Below are positions 1 through 8,434 of a DNA stretch of 32,000 bases, piece by piece. Source of the stretch: an uncultured Actinomycetes bacterium. GTDB taxonomy: Bacteria; Actinomycetota; Actinomycetes; S36-B12; CAIYMF01. A program made the position numbers and the translations under genes. The DNA is taken from contig CAWJMG010000003.1 in assembly GCA_963843975.1 (NCBI GenBank), positions 2,340,001 through 2,372,000 of the forward strand. Direction: 5' to 3'. Each line of letters opens with the position of its first letter. The first letter of the stretch is position 1. Under the pieces are notes generated by a model, which saw only the letters and a program-made list of their open reading frames with translations, searched no databases and was not told the origin of the DNA.

Positions 1-233
1 GTCGTCGCGGCAAGGCCGACGGAGACGGCGGCTGCAGTCACGACGATCCACCAGGCGCGGACGATCTCACGGAGCACCGCCCACTGGGCGAGACCGACGA
101 CACCCCCGACGAGCGCGCCGCCGACCAGCCCCGCGACGACCGAGTCGACCGGGCCGACGACCGCGCGGGCCACGAGGCCGGCCGGCGGGAACGCCAGGAA
201 CGTCAGGGTGAAGAGCCAGGGCCTGCTGATCAT
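1..233 (-). CDS. Hypothetical integral membrane protein (partial, runs off left edge)
   Basis: My own translation from ATG at 233 on the minus strand gives MISRPWLFTLTFLAFPPAGLVARAVVGPVDSVVAGLVGGALVGGVVGLAQWAVLREIVRAWWIVVTAAAVSVGLAATT. Strong GC3 bias and hydrophobic helices. Absent from the ORF track because it has no end in the window. Divergent from the TetR gene. Confidence 0.6.
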   Translation of the reverse strand, partial: MISRPWLFTLTFLAFPPAGLVARAVVGPVDSVVAGLVGGALVGGVVGLAQWAVLREIVRAWWIVVTAAAVSVGLAAT

Positions 234-253
234 GTCGAGCTCCTTCGAATTCG

Positions 254-272
254 ATGTGTACGGCGTACACAT
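254..272. promoter_or_regulatory. Perfect 19-bp palindrome ATGTGTACG-G-CGTACACAT, candidate TetR operator 1
   Basis: Read directly. 9-nt arms around a central G, lying in the 74-bp divergent intergenic region between the membrane gene (start 233) and the TetR gene (start 308). Confidence 0.6.
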
Positions 273-292
273 TCACCTGCGGCGAGTGTGAG

Positions 293-307
293 GTGTACGG
301 TGTACAC
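293..307. promoter_or_regulatory. 15-bp palindrome GTGTAC-GGT-GTACAC, candidate TetR operator 2, abutting the TetR start codon
   Basis: Same GTGTAC/GTACAC core as operator 1. It contains TACGGT (296-301), a TANNNT -10-like hexamer ending 7 nt before ATG 308, which is compatible with a leaderless, autoregulated tetR mRNA. Confidence 0.5.
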
Positions 308-949
308 ATGTCAAGCGCACCCCGGAAGACGAGGCCCACGCTGACGCGCGAGCGCGTCCTCGACGAGGCCTGGGAGCTCATCCGCGCCGAGGGCACCGAC
401 GGGCTGTCGATGCGCGCCCTGTCGCAGCGGCTCGGAGTCGTCCCGATGGCGCTGTACCGGCACGTGCAGGACAAGGACGACCTGCTCGACGGACTGCTCG
501 ACCGGCTCACCGCGCGCGTGCCGATCCCCGGACCTCGGGTGGCACCACGCACGGCCGTCGAGCGCATCGCGCGCGGCATCCGGGACGAGGTCGTCGACAA
601 CCCGGCCCTGGTGCCGGCCCTCGTCCTGCGGCCGTCGCTCGGACCCAGCGCCTACCGCATGGGCGAGCGCGTGCTGGGCGCGTTCGTCGCGCTCGGCCTC
701 GAGGTGGACGACGCCGTCCGCGCGTGGAACGCCGTGTCGGTCTACGCGCTCGGGTTCGGCGTCTTCGCCGCCCCGCGCCGCGTCGACGGCGGGTTCCCCG
801 GGAGCCTCGGCGCGTTCGCGGAGCGGGTCGCGCCCGACGCCGAGACCCTCGCTGCCGCAAGCGATGTCGGCCGGACCGAGTGGGTCAGCGACGCCCAGTT
901 CGACCTCGGCCTGCGCGCTCTGCTCGACGGCCTGCTGGCCGAGGCCTGA
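308..949 (+). CDS. TetR/AcrR family transcriptional regulator
   Basis: ORF 254..949, start moved to ATG 308 (MSSAPRKTRPTLTRERVLDEAWELIRAEGTDGLSMRALSQRLGVVPMALYRHV). This is the typical TetR N-terminal HTH. The upstream ATG 254 lies inside the operator palindrome. Confidence 0.85.
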   Translation: MSSAPRKTRPTLTRERVLDEAWELIRAEGTDGLSMRALSQRLGVVPMALYRHVQDKDDLLDGLLDRLTARVPIPGPRVAPRTAVERIARGIRDEVVDNPALVPALVLRPSLGPSAYRMGERVLGAFVALGLEVDDAVRAWNAVSVYALGFGVFAAPRRVDGGFPGSLGAFAERVAPDAETLAAASDVGRTEWVSDAQFDLGLRALLDGLLAEA

Positions 950-969
950 GCGCCCGGGCCGGGATCATC

Positions 970-1020
970 TGCAACTCGGGGGTTGCACTCTCCGGACCAG
1001 AGTGCAATCGTACGGTTGCA
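970..1020. promoter_or_regulatory. Array of overlapping TGCAAC/GTTGCA inverted repeats, candidate ArsR-family operator(s)
   Basis: Three inverted repeats: TGCAAC-N6-GTTGCA (970-987); TTGCACTCT-N7-AGAGTGCAA (983-1007, perfect 9-bp arms); TGCAATCGTACGGTTGCA (1003-1020, 16/18 palindromic). They lie 30-80 nt upstream of the SRPBCC-ArsR pair, in a patch of lower GC. Confidence 0.5.
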
Positions 1021-1048
1021 GGTGGCCGCGACGCGGCCCGACGAGAGG

Positions 1049-1534
1049 ATGACCATGACCGTCCAGCACAGCCAGCCGTCCGTCATCGACGCCGCGGCGT
1101 TCACCGTCCGGCGCACGATCTCTATCGCCGCCCCCGTCGAGAAGGTCTGGGCAGCGGTCACGGAGCCCGAGCACATCTCGCGCTGGTTCGGGAAGGCCAC
1201 CTTCGACGGGTCGGGCGCCGGCGCGATCGGCACGCTCTTCTGGGAGGGCTACGGCGCTGTTCCGGTGCGCATCGAGGAGATCGATCCGCTGCGGCTCGTC
1301 TCCTACCGCTGGAGCAACGACGACGCGGCGGGCAGCCTGCCAGCGGCCGTCGACGAGGCCACCTCGACGGTGTTCACGTTCACGCTCGAGCCGACGGCCG
1401 ACGGCACGCAGCTCACGGTCGTGGAGACGGGCTTCGACCGCACGTCCGACCCGATGGGCAACCTCGAGAGCCACCGCGAGGGCTGGGACGGCGAGCTCGA
1501 CAAGCTGATCGCGCTCGTCGAGGCCGCGGCGTGA
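1049..1534 (+). CDS. SRPBCC / AHSA1 (activator of Hsp90 ATPase homolog 1-like) domain protein
   Basis: ORF 983..1534. Start set at ATG 1049 after GAGAGG. FTVRRTISIAAPVEKVWAAVTEPEHISRWFG is typical of the SRPBCC/AHSA1 family. The usual partnership with a downstream ArsR gene is present. Confidence 0.75.
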   Translation: MTMTVQHSQPSVIDAAAFTVRRTISIAAPVEKVWAAVTEPEHISRWFGKATFDGSGAGAIGTLFWEGYGAVPVRIEEIDPLRLVSYRWSNDDAAGSLPAAVDEATSTVFTFTLEPTADGTQLTVVETGFDRTSDPMGNLESHREGWDGELDKLIALVEAAA

Positions 1535-1845
1535 CTCCAACCCTCGTCCCCGTGTTCGCCGCCCTCGGCGACGAGACGCGCTGGAGCATCCTCGCGGCGC
1601 TGGGCGAGGGCGAGGCCTCGGCGTCGGCGCTCGCCGGCCGTCTGCCGGTGTCCCGCCAGGCGATCGCCCGGCACCTTGCCGTGCTGCACGAGGTCGGTCT
1701 CGTCGAGCCGGTGCGGTCCGGCCGCGAGGTGCAGTACCGCGTGCTCGGCAGCAGGCTCAGCGCCACGGCCCGGCGGCTCGACGCGCTCGGCGCCGAGTGG
1801 GACCGCCGCCTCGCCGCCATCAAGGACCTCGCCGAGGGGCTCTAG
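1531..1845 (+). CDS. ArsR/SmtB family transcriptional regulator
   Basis: In-frame tail of ORF 724..1845. GTG 1531 overlaps the SRPBCC stop (GTGA). VFAALGDETRWSILAALGEGEASASALAGRLPVSRQAIARHLAVLHEVGLV is a winged-HTH of ArsR type. Confidence 0.85.
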   Translation: MTPTLVPVFAALGDETRWSILAALGEGEASASALAGRLPVSRQAIARHLAVLHEVGLVEPVRSGREVQYRVLGSRLSATARRLDALGAEWDRRLAAIKDLAEGL

Positions 1846-1849
1846 ACGC

Positions 1850-1879
1850 CGACGGGGCCGGCGCGCAGGCCGGCCCCGT
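1850..1879 (+). terminator. Stem-loop GACGGGGCCGG-N8-CCGGCCCCGTC after the ArsR gene
   Basis: Perfect 11-bp GC-rich stem starting 5 nt after the stop and followed by TCTCGTC. Read directly. Confidence 0.6.
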
Positions 1880-1954
1880 CTCGTCACCCATCGGTCACCT
1901 GTCCTTCAGCCGCGGGCTGCACGCAGGTCGTGGCGGTACGAGGGGATAGGGCAC

Positions 1955-3478
1955 GTGCTCGCCCGCCCCCGTCTCGCTGTCGTCGTGGTCGCCTGCGCGG
2001 TCGCGGTCCTGGCGCCCGTGGGGTTCGCGTCGGCCGGCACCGTCCCGACGCCGTCCGACACGTCCGCACTGACGCCGACCGCGGAACCGACGCCGAGCAG
2101 CGAGCCGACCCCGAGCGACACAGCGAGCGAGCCGGAACCCTCGCCCAGCAGCACCGACGCGACAACGCCCGCGCCGCCGCCCACCGTGCCCCTGCCCCTG
2201 CCCACAGCGTCGAGCGACGTCATCCCGGCGCCGAGCGCAGATCCTCCGCCGGCGCCCGACCGGGTCGAGCCGGTCGAGCCCAACGACGGCGTCCAGCCCG
2301 CCCTCGGGCAGGTCGACGAGTACCTCCGGCAGAGCGCGGCTCTCGAGGCCCTGCTCGCCGACGTGCAGAAGGCCAGGACCGCGGTGGCGTCGGCCGACCT
2401 CGCCGTCGTCGCCGCATCGCAGGTGGCCGTGCGCGCGAACCTCGACGCGGCGATCGCGCGGCAGCAGACGGCTGCCGCCGACGGCGACGCCACCGACGTC
2501 GTGCGCGAGCTCTACCAGCAGGGTGACTCCGGCGTCGCCAACCTCGCCACGGTCATGACCCTCGGCCCCGACGGCATGCTCGACCGCCTCTACAACCTCC
2601 GCGCCCTTCGTGGTGCGGCCACGGAGGTCGTGCGCAGCGCCGAGCAGGCGGCGCTGGACCTCGCCGTCGCTGAGATCGCGCGCACCACTGCCGTCGAGAA
2701 CCTCCGTGCCGCGATCGCCCAGCGCGACACTGCATCCGTGGCCTCGCGCCGGATCGAGCGCGAGATCGTCAACTCCCGCGCGCAGCTCGCCCGCCTCGGC
2801 CTCGTGGCACCACAGGTCGCCGTCGGGTCGGAGGGATGCCCGACCGTCGACGTGCCTGCCACCCTGCGCGACGGCTCCGAGGGGATCGGCGCCGCGAAGC
2901 TCTGCCGGTACGCCGTGAAGCGCGCCGCCACCCCGCAGGCCGCTCTCGCCATCACCTGGGCGTTCCAGCACCTCGGTGCTGCGTACGCGTGCGGCGGCGT
3001 CGGGCGCATGCTCCCCTACCGCGCCGACTGCTCGTCGTTCGTCTCGCGCGCGTACGCCGAGGGCGCAGGGCTCAACACCGCGGGCAGCACGTGGGCGCCG
3101 TCGACGCGCAACATGGTGCCGTGGGACGGCGTCGCGCTCGACCCGCACTACGCCTACGTCGCCACGAAGGCGCTGCGCCCGGGCGACCTCGTGCTCTACG
3201 ACACCTGCCCCCAGGGCGGCTGCCCCTACAAGCACGTGGTGATGTACCTCGGCGCTCCCGGTGGCGGCACGCCGTGGATGCTGCACACGAACTCCTGCGG
3301 CGACGTCGCCAAGGTGGAGCAGTTCTGGGGCTTCCCTACGACGGGTTCGCACACCTTCCTCGTCTCACGGCGGGTGCTGCCCGTCGCCGGCGAGAAGGTG
3401 CGCACGGCGAAGCCTGCGAAGGGCGTGCCGGCGTGGGCCGCCCAGGGCTCGACGTTCGCCGCGGGCTCCATCGGCTGA
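1955..3478 (+). CDS. Secreted NlpC/P60 peptidoglycan endopeptidase with Pro/Thr/Ser-rich linker and long coiled-coil (RipA-like architecture)
   Basis: ORF 1676..3478. Start moved to GTG 1955 (VLARPRLAVVVVACAVAVLAPVGFASAGT, a signal peptide). EPTPS-type low-complexity region, then an Ala/Leu/Gln-rich helical region. C-terminal catalytic Cys in YRADCSSFVSRAY and His in HVVMYLG. Confidence 0.85.
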   Translation: MLARPRLAVVVVACAVAVLAPVGFASAGTVPTPSDTSALTPTAEPTPSSEPTPSDTASEPEPSPSSTDATTPAPPPTVPLPLPTASSDVIPAPSADPPPAPDRVEPVEPNDGVQPALGQVDEYLRQSAALEALLADVQKARTAVASADLAVVAASQVAVRANLDAAIARQQTAAADGDATDVVRELYQQGDSGVANLATVMTLGPDGMLDRLYNLRALRGAATEVVRSAEQAALDLAVAEIARTTAVENLRAAIAQRDTASVASRRIEREIVNSRAQLARLGLVAPQVAVGSEGCPTVDVPATLRDGSEGIGAAKLCRYAVKRAATPQAALAITWAFQHLGAAYACGGVGRMLPYRADCSSFVSRAYAEGAGLNTAGSTWAPSTRNMVPWDGVALDPHYAYVATKALRPGDLVLYDTCPQGGCPYKHVVMYLGAPGGGTPWMLHTNSCGDVAKVEQFWGFPTTGSHTFLVSRRVLPVAGEKVRTAKPAKGVPAWAAQGSTFAAGSIG

Positions 3479-3511
3479 GCACGGCCCTCTCGTTCGTGGC
3501 AGCCTCAGCCC

Positions 3512-4756
3512 ATGACCGACGCCCCGACGCGCACGTACGCCGAGCACCTCGACGACACCGACCCGCTCGCCGGGTTCCGGCTGCGCTTCGAGATCCCGGA
3601 CCCGCGCGTCGTCTACCTCGACGGCAACTCCCTCGGCCGGATGCCGGCCGCCACCCCCGACGCAGTCGCCACGGTGCTGCACGAGGAGTGGGGCGACCGC
3701 CTCATCCGCTCGTGGAGCGAGGGCTGGATGGACCGGCCGTTCGAGGTCGGTGACCGCCTCGGTTCCGCACTTCTCGGCGCCGGTCCGGGCGAGACGGTCG
3801 TCTGCGACAACACGACCGTCAACCTGTACAAGGTCCTCGGCGCTGCGATGTCGCTGCGCCCTGGGCGGTCCACGATCGTTGCGCACCGAGGCGAGTTCCC
3901 CACCGACCGGTACGTCGCCTCCGAGGTCGCCCGCTCGCGCGGCGGCTCGGTCAAGTGGCTCGGTCCGCTCGATCCGGCCGCGCCCTGGCCGACCTCGCCG
4001 GTCACCGCGGGAGATGTCGCCGCGGCGATGCACGACGACGTCGCCGTCGTGCTGCTGTCGGTCGTCGACTACCGCTCCGCGGCTATCGCGGACGTCGTCG
4101 GCATCACCGCGACCGCGCACGAGTACGGCGCCCTCGTGGTCTGGGACTGCTCGCACGCAGGCGGCTCGGTGCCGCTCGACCTCCCCGGCGTGGGAGCCGA
4201 TTTCGCGGTCGGCTGCTCGTACAAGTTCATCAACGGCGGCCCCGGTGCCCCCGCCTGGATCTGGGCGGCGCCGCAGCACCACGAGTCGATGACCAACCCG
4301 ATCCCGGGGTGGATGGGCCACGAGGACGTGTTCGCTATGACCGGCGACTACGCGCCCGCGCCCGGCATCCGACGCTTCATGACGGGTACGCCGTCCGCGG
4401 TCGCGCTGGCCGCGGTCGATGCCGGCGTCGCACTGCTCGAGGACGCAGGCATGGACGCCGTGCGCGCCAAGTCGACCGCTCTCACGTCGTACTGCATCGA
4501 CCTCGCCGACTCGTGGCTCGCGGCGTACGGCGTCACCGTCGCCAGCCCGCGCGAGCCGGAGCTGCGCGGCGCGCACGTGACCCTCCGCCACCCGGAGGCG
4601 CTCGCGCTCACGCAGGCGCTCACCGATCGCGGCGTGATCCCCGACTTCCGCCACCCCGACGGCATCCGCGTGGGCCTGGCTCCGCTCACGACCCGCTTCA
4701 CCGACGTGCACGACGGCATGGCCTCGCTCCGGACGCTGCTCGAGGCACTCGGGTGA
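3512..4756 (+). CDS. kynU: Kynureninase
   Basis: 414 aa. N-terminal VYLDGNSLGRMP and the CSYKFINGGPGAPAW motif (PLP-Lys region) are characteristic of kynureninase within fold-type I PLP enzymes. Confidence 0.8.
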   Translation: MTDAPTRTYAEHLDDTDPLAGFRLRFEIPDPRVVYLDGNSLGRMPAATPDAVATVLHEEWGDRLIRSWSEGWMDRPFEVGDRLGSALLGAGPGETVVCDNTTVNLYKVLGAAMSLRPGRSTIVAHRGEFPTDRYVASEVARSRGGSVKWLGPLDPAAPWPTSPVTAGDVAAAMHDDVAVVLLSVVDYRSAAIADVVGITATAHEYGALVVWDCSHAGGSVPLDLPGVGADFAVGCSYKFINGGPGAPAWIWAAPQHHESMTNPIPGWMGHEDVFAMTGDYAPAPGIRRFMTGTPSAVALAAVDAGVALLEDAGMDAVRAKSTALTSYCIDLADSWLAAYGVTVASPREPELRGAHVTLRHPEALALTQALTDRGVIPDFRHPDGIRVGLAPLTTRFTDVHDGMASLRTLLEALG

Positions 4757-4864
4757 AGCACTGACCACAGAGCGTGAGATGCCTGTGCGTCATCCCACAC
4801 GCGCCCGCTCAGCGGTCACACCGGAGTTTGACCGCGCTGTGCGCGGGGCACCTACTGTCATGAG

Positions 4865-6322
4865 ATGACCGATTCCTACGACCTCCTCGTCGTCGCGAAC
4901 CGGCTGCCGGTGTCCGCGGACGAGCAGCCCGACGGCAGCACCGAATGGACCCGTTCTCCGGGCGGCCTCGTCAGCGCTCTCGAGCCCGTGCTGCGCGAGC
5001 ACGCTGCGGCCTGGATCGGATGGTCCGGCCGCTTCGCCCCCGACCCCTACTCGACCGACGACCTCGGCCGGGAGCTCGAGCCGATCCCCGACGGCGTGGG
5101 TCCGTGCGCGCTGCTCGAGGTCGAGCTGACGCGTGAGGAGCTGGAGGGCTACTACGAGGGGTTCAGCAACTCCACGATCTGGCCGCTCTATCACGACGCC
5201 ATCGCCACGCCGGTCTACCACCGGCACCACTGGGACCCGTACGTCGAGGTCAACCGTCGCTTCGCCCGACGGGCGGCCGACCTCGCCGCCGAGGGCGCGA
5301 CGGTGTGGGTGCACGACTACCAGCTGCAGCTCGTGCCTCAGATGCTGCGCGAGATGCGGCCCGACCTACGCATCGGCTTCTTCCTGCACATCCCGTTCCC
5401 GCCCGAGGAGCTGTTCCTTCAGCTGCCGTGGCGCAGGCAGATCCTCGAGGGGCTGCTCGGCTCGGACCTCATCGGCTTCCACACGCCGGGAGGCGCGGCG
5501 AACTTCCTGCGCATCGCAGGGCGCCTGCTGCACCTCGACTTCGACGAGACCGGCATCGACGTGCCGGACTCGTCGCGCGCCTCCGGCGTACGCCGGGTCA
5601 CCGTCGGCGCGTTCCCGATCTCGATCGACACGCGCGAGTACGACGCGATGGCCCGCACGGCCGAGATCCAGGACCGCGCCATCGAGCTGCGCGAGAAGCT
5701 GGGCAACCCCCGCTGGGTGCTGCTCGGCGTGGACCGCCTCGACTACACCAAGGGCATCGACATCCGCCTCAAGGCGTTCACCGAGCTGCTCGCGGGCGGC
5801 ACGATCGAGCCCGGCGAGGCCGTGTTCGTGCAGATCGCGACTCCGAGCCGCGAGAACGTCGAGGACTACCAGCGTCTGCGCGACGACATCGAGCTCATGG
5901 TCGGCCGCGCGCTCGGCGACCACGGCATCCTCGGACCGCCGCCGATCCAGTACCTCCACCAGCCGTTCGACCGCGAGACGCTCGTGTCGTTCTACCTGGC
6001 GGCCGACGTCATGCTCGTGACGCCTTACCGCGACGGCATGAACCTCGTGTGCAAGGAGTACGTCGCGTCGCGCGTCGACGGCACCGGCGCGCTCGTGCTG
6101 TCGGAGTTCGCCGGCGCCGCGGTCGAGCTGACCCAGGCGTTCCTCGTGAACCCGTACGACGCCGAGGGCATCAAGCAGGCGCTCGTTGACTCCATGCGCG
6201 GCGAGCCCGGCGACCTCGGCCTGCGGATGAAGGCGATGCGGGAGCACCTCTTCGAGTACGACGTCGCTCGCTGGGCGTCGTCCTTCCTCGGAGCCCTCGA
6301 GAAGTCAGGCACCGGCCGGTGA
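4865..6322 (+). CDS. otsA: Alpha,alpha-trehalose-phosphate synthase (GT20)
   Basis: 485 aa. LLVVANRLPV N-terminus, WVHDYQLQLVPQMLR, LGVDRLDYTKGI, and MLVTPYRDGMNLVCKEY are typical OtsA blocks. The stop overlaps the otsB start (GTGA at 6319-6322). Confidence 0.92.
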   Translation: MTDSYDLLVVANRLPVSADEQPDGSTEWTRSPGGLVSALEPVLREHAAAWIGWSGRFAPDPYSTDDLGRELEPIPDGVGPCALLEVELTREELEGYYEGFSNSTIWPLYHDAIATPVYHRHHWDPYVEVNRRFARRAADLAAEGATVWVHDYQLQLVPQMLREMRPDLRIGFFLHIPFPPEELFLQLPWRRQILEGLLGSDLIGFHTPGGAANFLRIAGRLLHLDFDETGIDVPDSSRASGVRRVTVGAFPISIDTREYDAMARTAEIQDRAIELREKLGNPRWVLLGVDRLDYTKGIDIRLKAFTELLAGGTIEPGEAVFVQIATPSRENVEDYQRLRDDIELMVGRALGDHGILGPPPIQYLHQPFDRETLVSFYLAADVMLVTPYRDGMNLVCKEYVASRVDGTGALVLSEFAGAAVELTQAFLVNPYDAEGIKQALVDSMRGEPGDLGLRMKAMREHLFEYDVARWASSFLGALEKSGTGR

Positions 6323-7093
6323 GCGCCGCTGCCGTGGAGCCTCTGCTGCGCGCGGCGCTGATCGCGGCGTCGCGGGCGCCGCAGCTTCTGGTGGCGTGCG
6401 ACTTCGACGGCACCCTCTCGCCGATCGTCGCGGACCGCGACGCTGCCCGCGCTCTGCCGGAGTCGCTCGACGCCCTCGGTGTGCTGACGGCCTTGCGCGA
6501 CACCACGGTCGCCGTCGTCTCAGGCCGCGCCCTGCGCGACCTCGCCACCGTGGCGCACCTGCCCGAGGGCGTCGTGCTCGTCGGCAGCCACGGCGCCGAG
6601 CTCGACGACGAGGAGCCGGACGCCGAGACGGCGAGCCGGCGCGAGGCGCTCATCGCGGCCGTGCGCGACGCCGTCGGGGACGTGACCGGCGTCGAGCTCG
6701 AGCTGAAGCCCGCCGGTGTCGCGGTGCACGTCCGGGCTGCGGCCCGGGCGGACGCGACCCGGGTGCTGGAGTCGCTGCGCAGCGGCCCGGCGGTGATGGC
6801 CGGTGTCGTGGCGATCGCCGGCAAGGAGGTGCTCGAGGCTCTCGGTCCTCAGCATCGACAAGGGTTCGGCGCTCGACGTCCTGCGCCGCCGTACCTCGGC
6901 CACGACCACCGTCTTCCTCGGCGACGACCTCACCGACGAGTCCGGCTTCGACCACCTGCTGCCCGGCGACCTCGGCGTGAAGGTCGGCCCCGGCGCCACC
7001 GGCGCCGAGCACCGCGTGCCCGACCCGGTCGTGGTGGCCGACGCCCTCGGGCTGCTCGCCACCGAGCGCGCCGCCTGGCTCGCGGGCACCTGA
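6319..7093 (+). pseudogene. otsB: Trehalose-phosphate phosphatase, reading frame broken by an apparent 1-nt insertion near 6838
   Basis: The N-terminal part is in the frame of ORF 6319..7551 (HAD motif I LVACDFDGTLSP, motif II VVSGR, ..IAGKEVLE). The C-terminal part is in the frame of ORF 6803..7093 (LSVLSIDKGSALDVL...FLGDDLTDESGF...GVKVG). Removing one G of GAGGCT (6835-6840) gives the continuous sequence GKEVLELSVLSIDKG. Total length is 775 nt = 3n+1. Confidence 0.8.
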
Positions 7094-7149
7094 CCGGCTG
7101 CCGTCTTCTGAGTGCTGCCGGATCGGCTCGATCCCTTCCGGAGACCCCG

Positions 7150-7161
7150 GTAACCGGTTAC
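7150..7161. promoter_or_regulatory. Perfect 12-bp palindrome GTAACCGGTTAC in the msiK leader/promoter region
   Basis: Read directly. 50% GC in a GC-rich background, 84 nt upstream of ATG 7245. Function unknown (operator or RNA element). Confidence 0.35.
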
Positions 7162-7244
7162 TGTGCGAGGGCCGGGCAACGGTCCGGCGTCCTTCCACTA
7201 CGGATCGTCCGGCACGTTCCTGCCGGTGAAGGGTTGGCTCTGCT

Positions 7245-8351
<1,107 letters not shown>

Positions 8352-8367
8352 CCGGCCCGAGCACCAC

Positions 8368-8405
8368 GGAGGGGGTGGCGGCGCACCAGCGCCGCCACCC
8401 CCTCC
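8368..8405 (+). terminator. Stem-loop GGAGGGGGTGGCGGCG-CACCAG-CGCCGCCACCCCCTCC after msiK
   Basis: Perfect 16-bp stem with a 6-nt loop, starting 17 nt after the stop. Read directly. Confidence 0.7.
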
Positions 8406-8434
8406 GCCGTCTGCGAAGAACCCGAAGGAGCAGC

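Noticed and set aside
254-307. Track start ATG 254 for the TetR protein (MCTAYTFTCGECEVYGVH..)
   Set aside because: The extension is translated from the operator palindromes themselves and has low GC3. The canonical TetR N-terminus begins at ATG 308.
67-600. 177-aa ORF on the minus strand overlapping the membrane gene start, the operator region and the TetR gene
   Set aside because: The translation is Arg/Ser/Pro-rich. It runs antisense to a well-supported TetR CDS and crosses the intergenic operators. This is a typical high-GC shadow ORF.
2040-2200. Short tandem DNA repeats that might suggest a repeat array
   Set aside because: They are in frame inside the NlpC/P60 CDS and encode the EPTPS-type linker. 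There is no spacer/repeat organisation, so this is not a CRISPR or a satellite.
1895-3352. 485-aa antisense ORF opposite the NlpC/P60 gene. Similar long shadow ORFs occur at 3365..4768, 7158..8321, 8192..9526, 9702..11105, 24515..25960, 16678..18126 and 14524..15876.
   Set aside because: All lie antisense or off-frame to genes with clear family motifs. Their translations are dominated by Arg, Gly, Asp, His and Pro with no recognisable domains. Stop-codon scarcity at this GC content explains their length.
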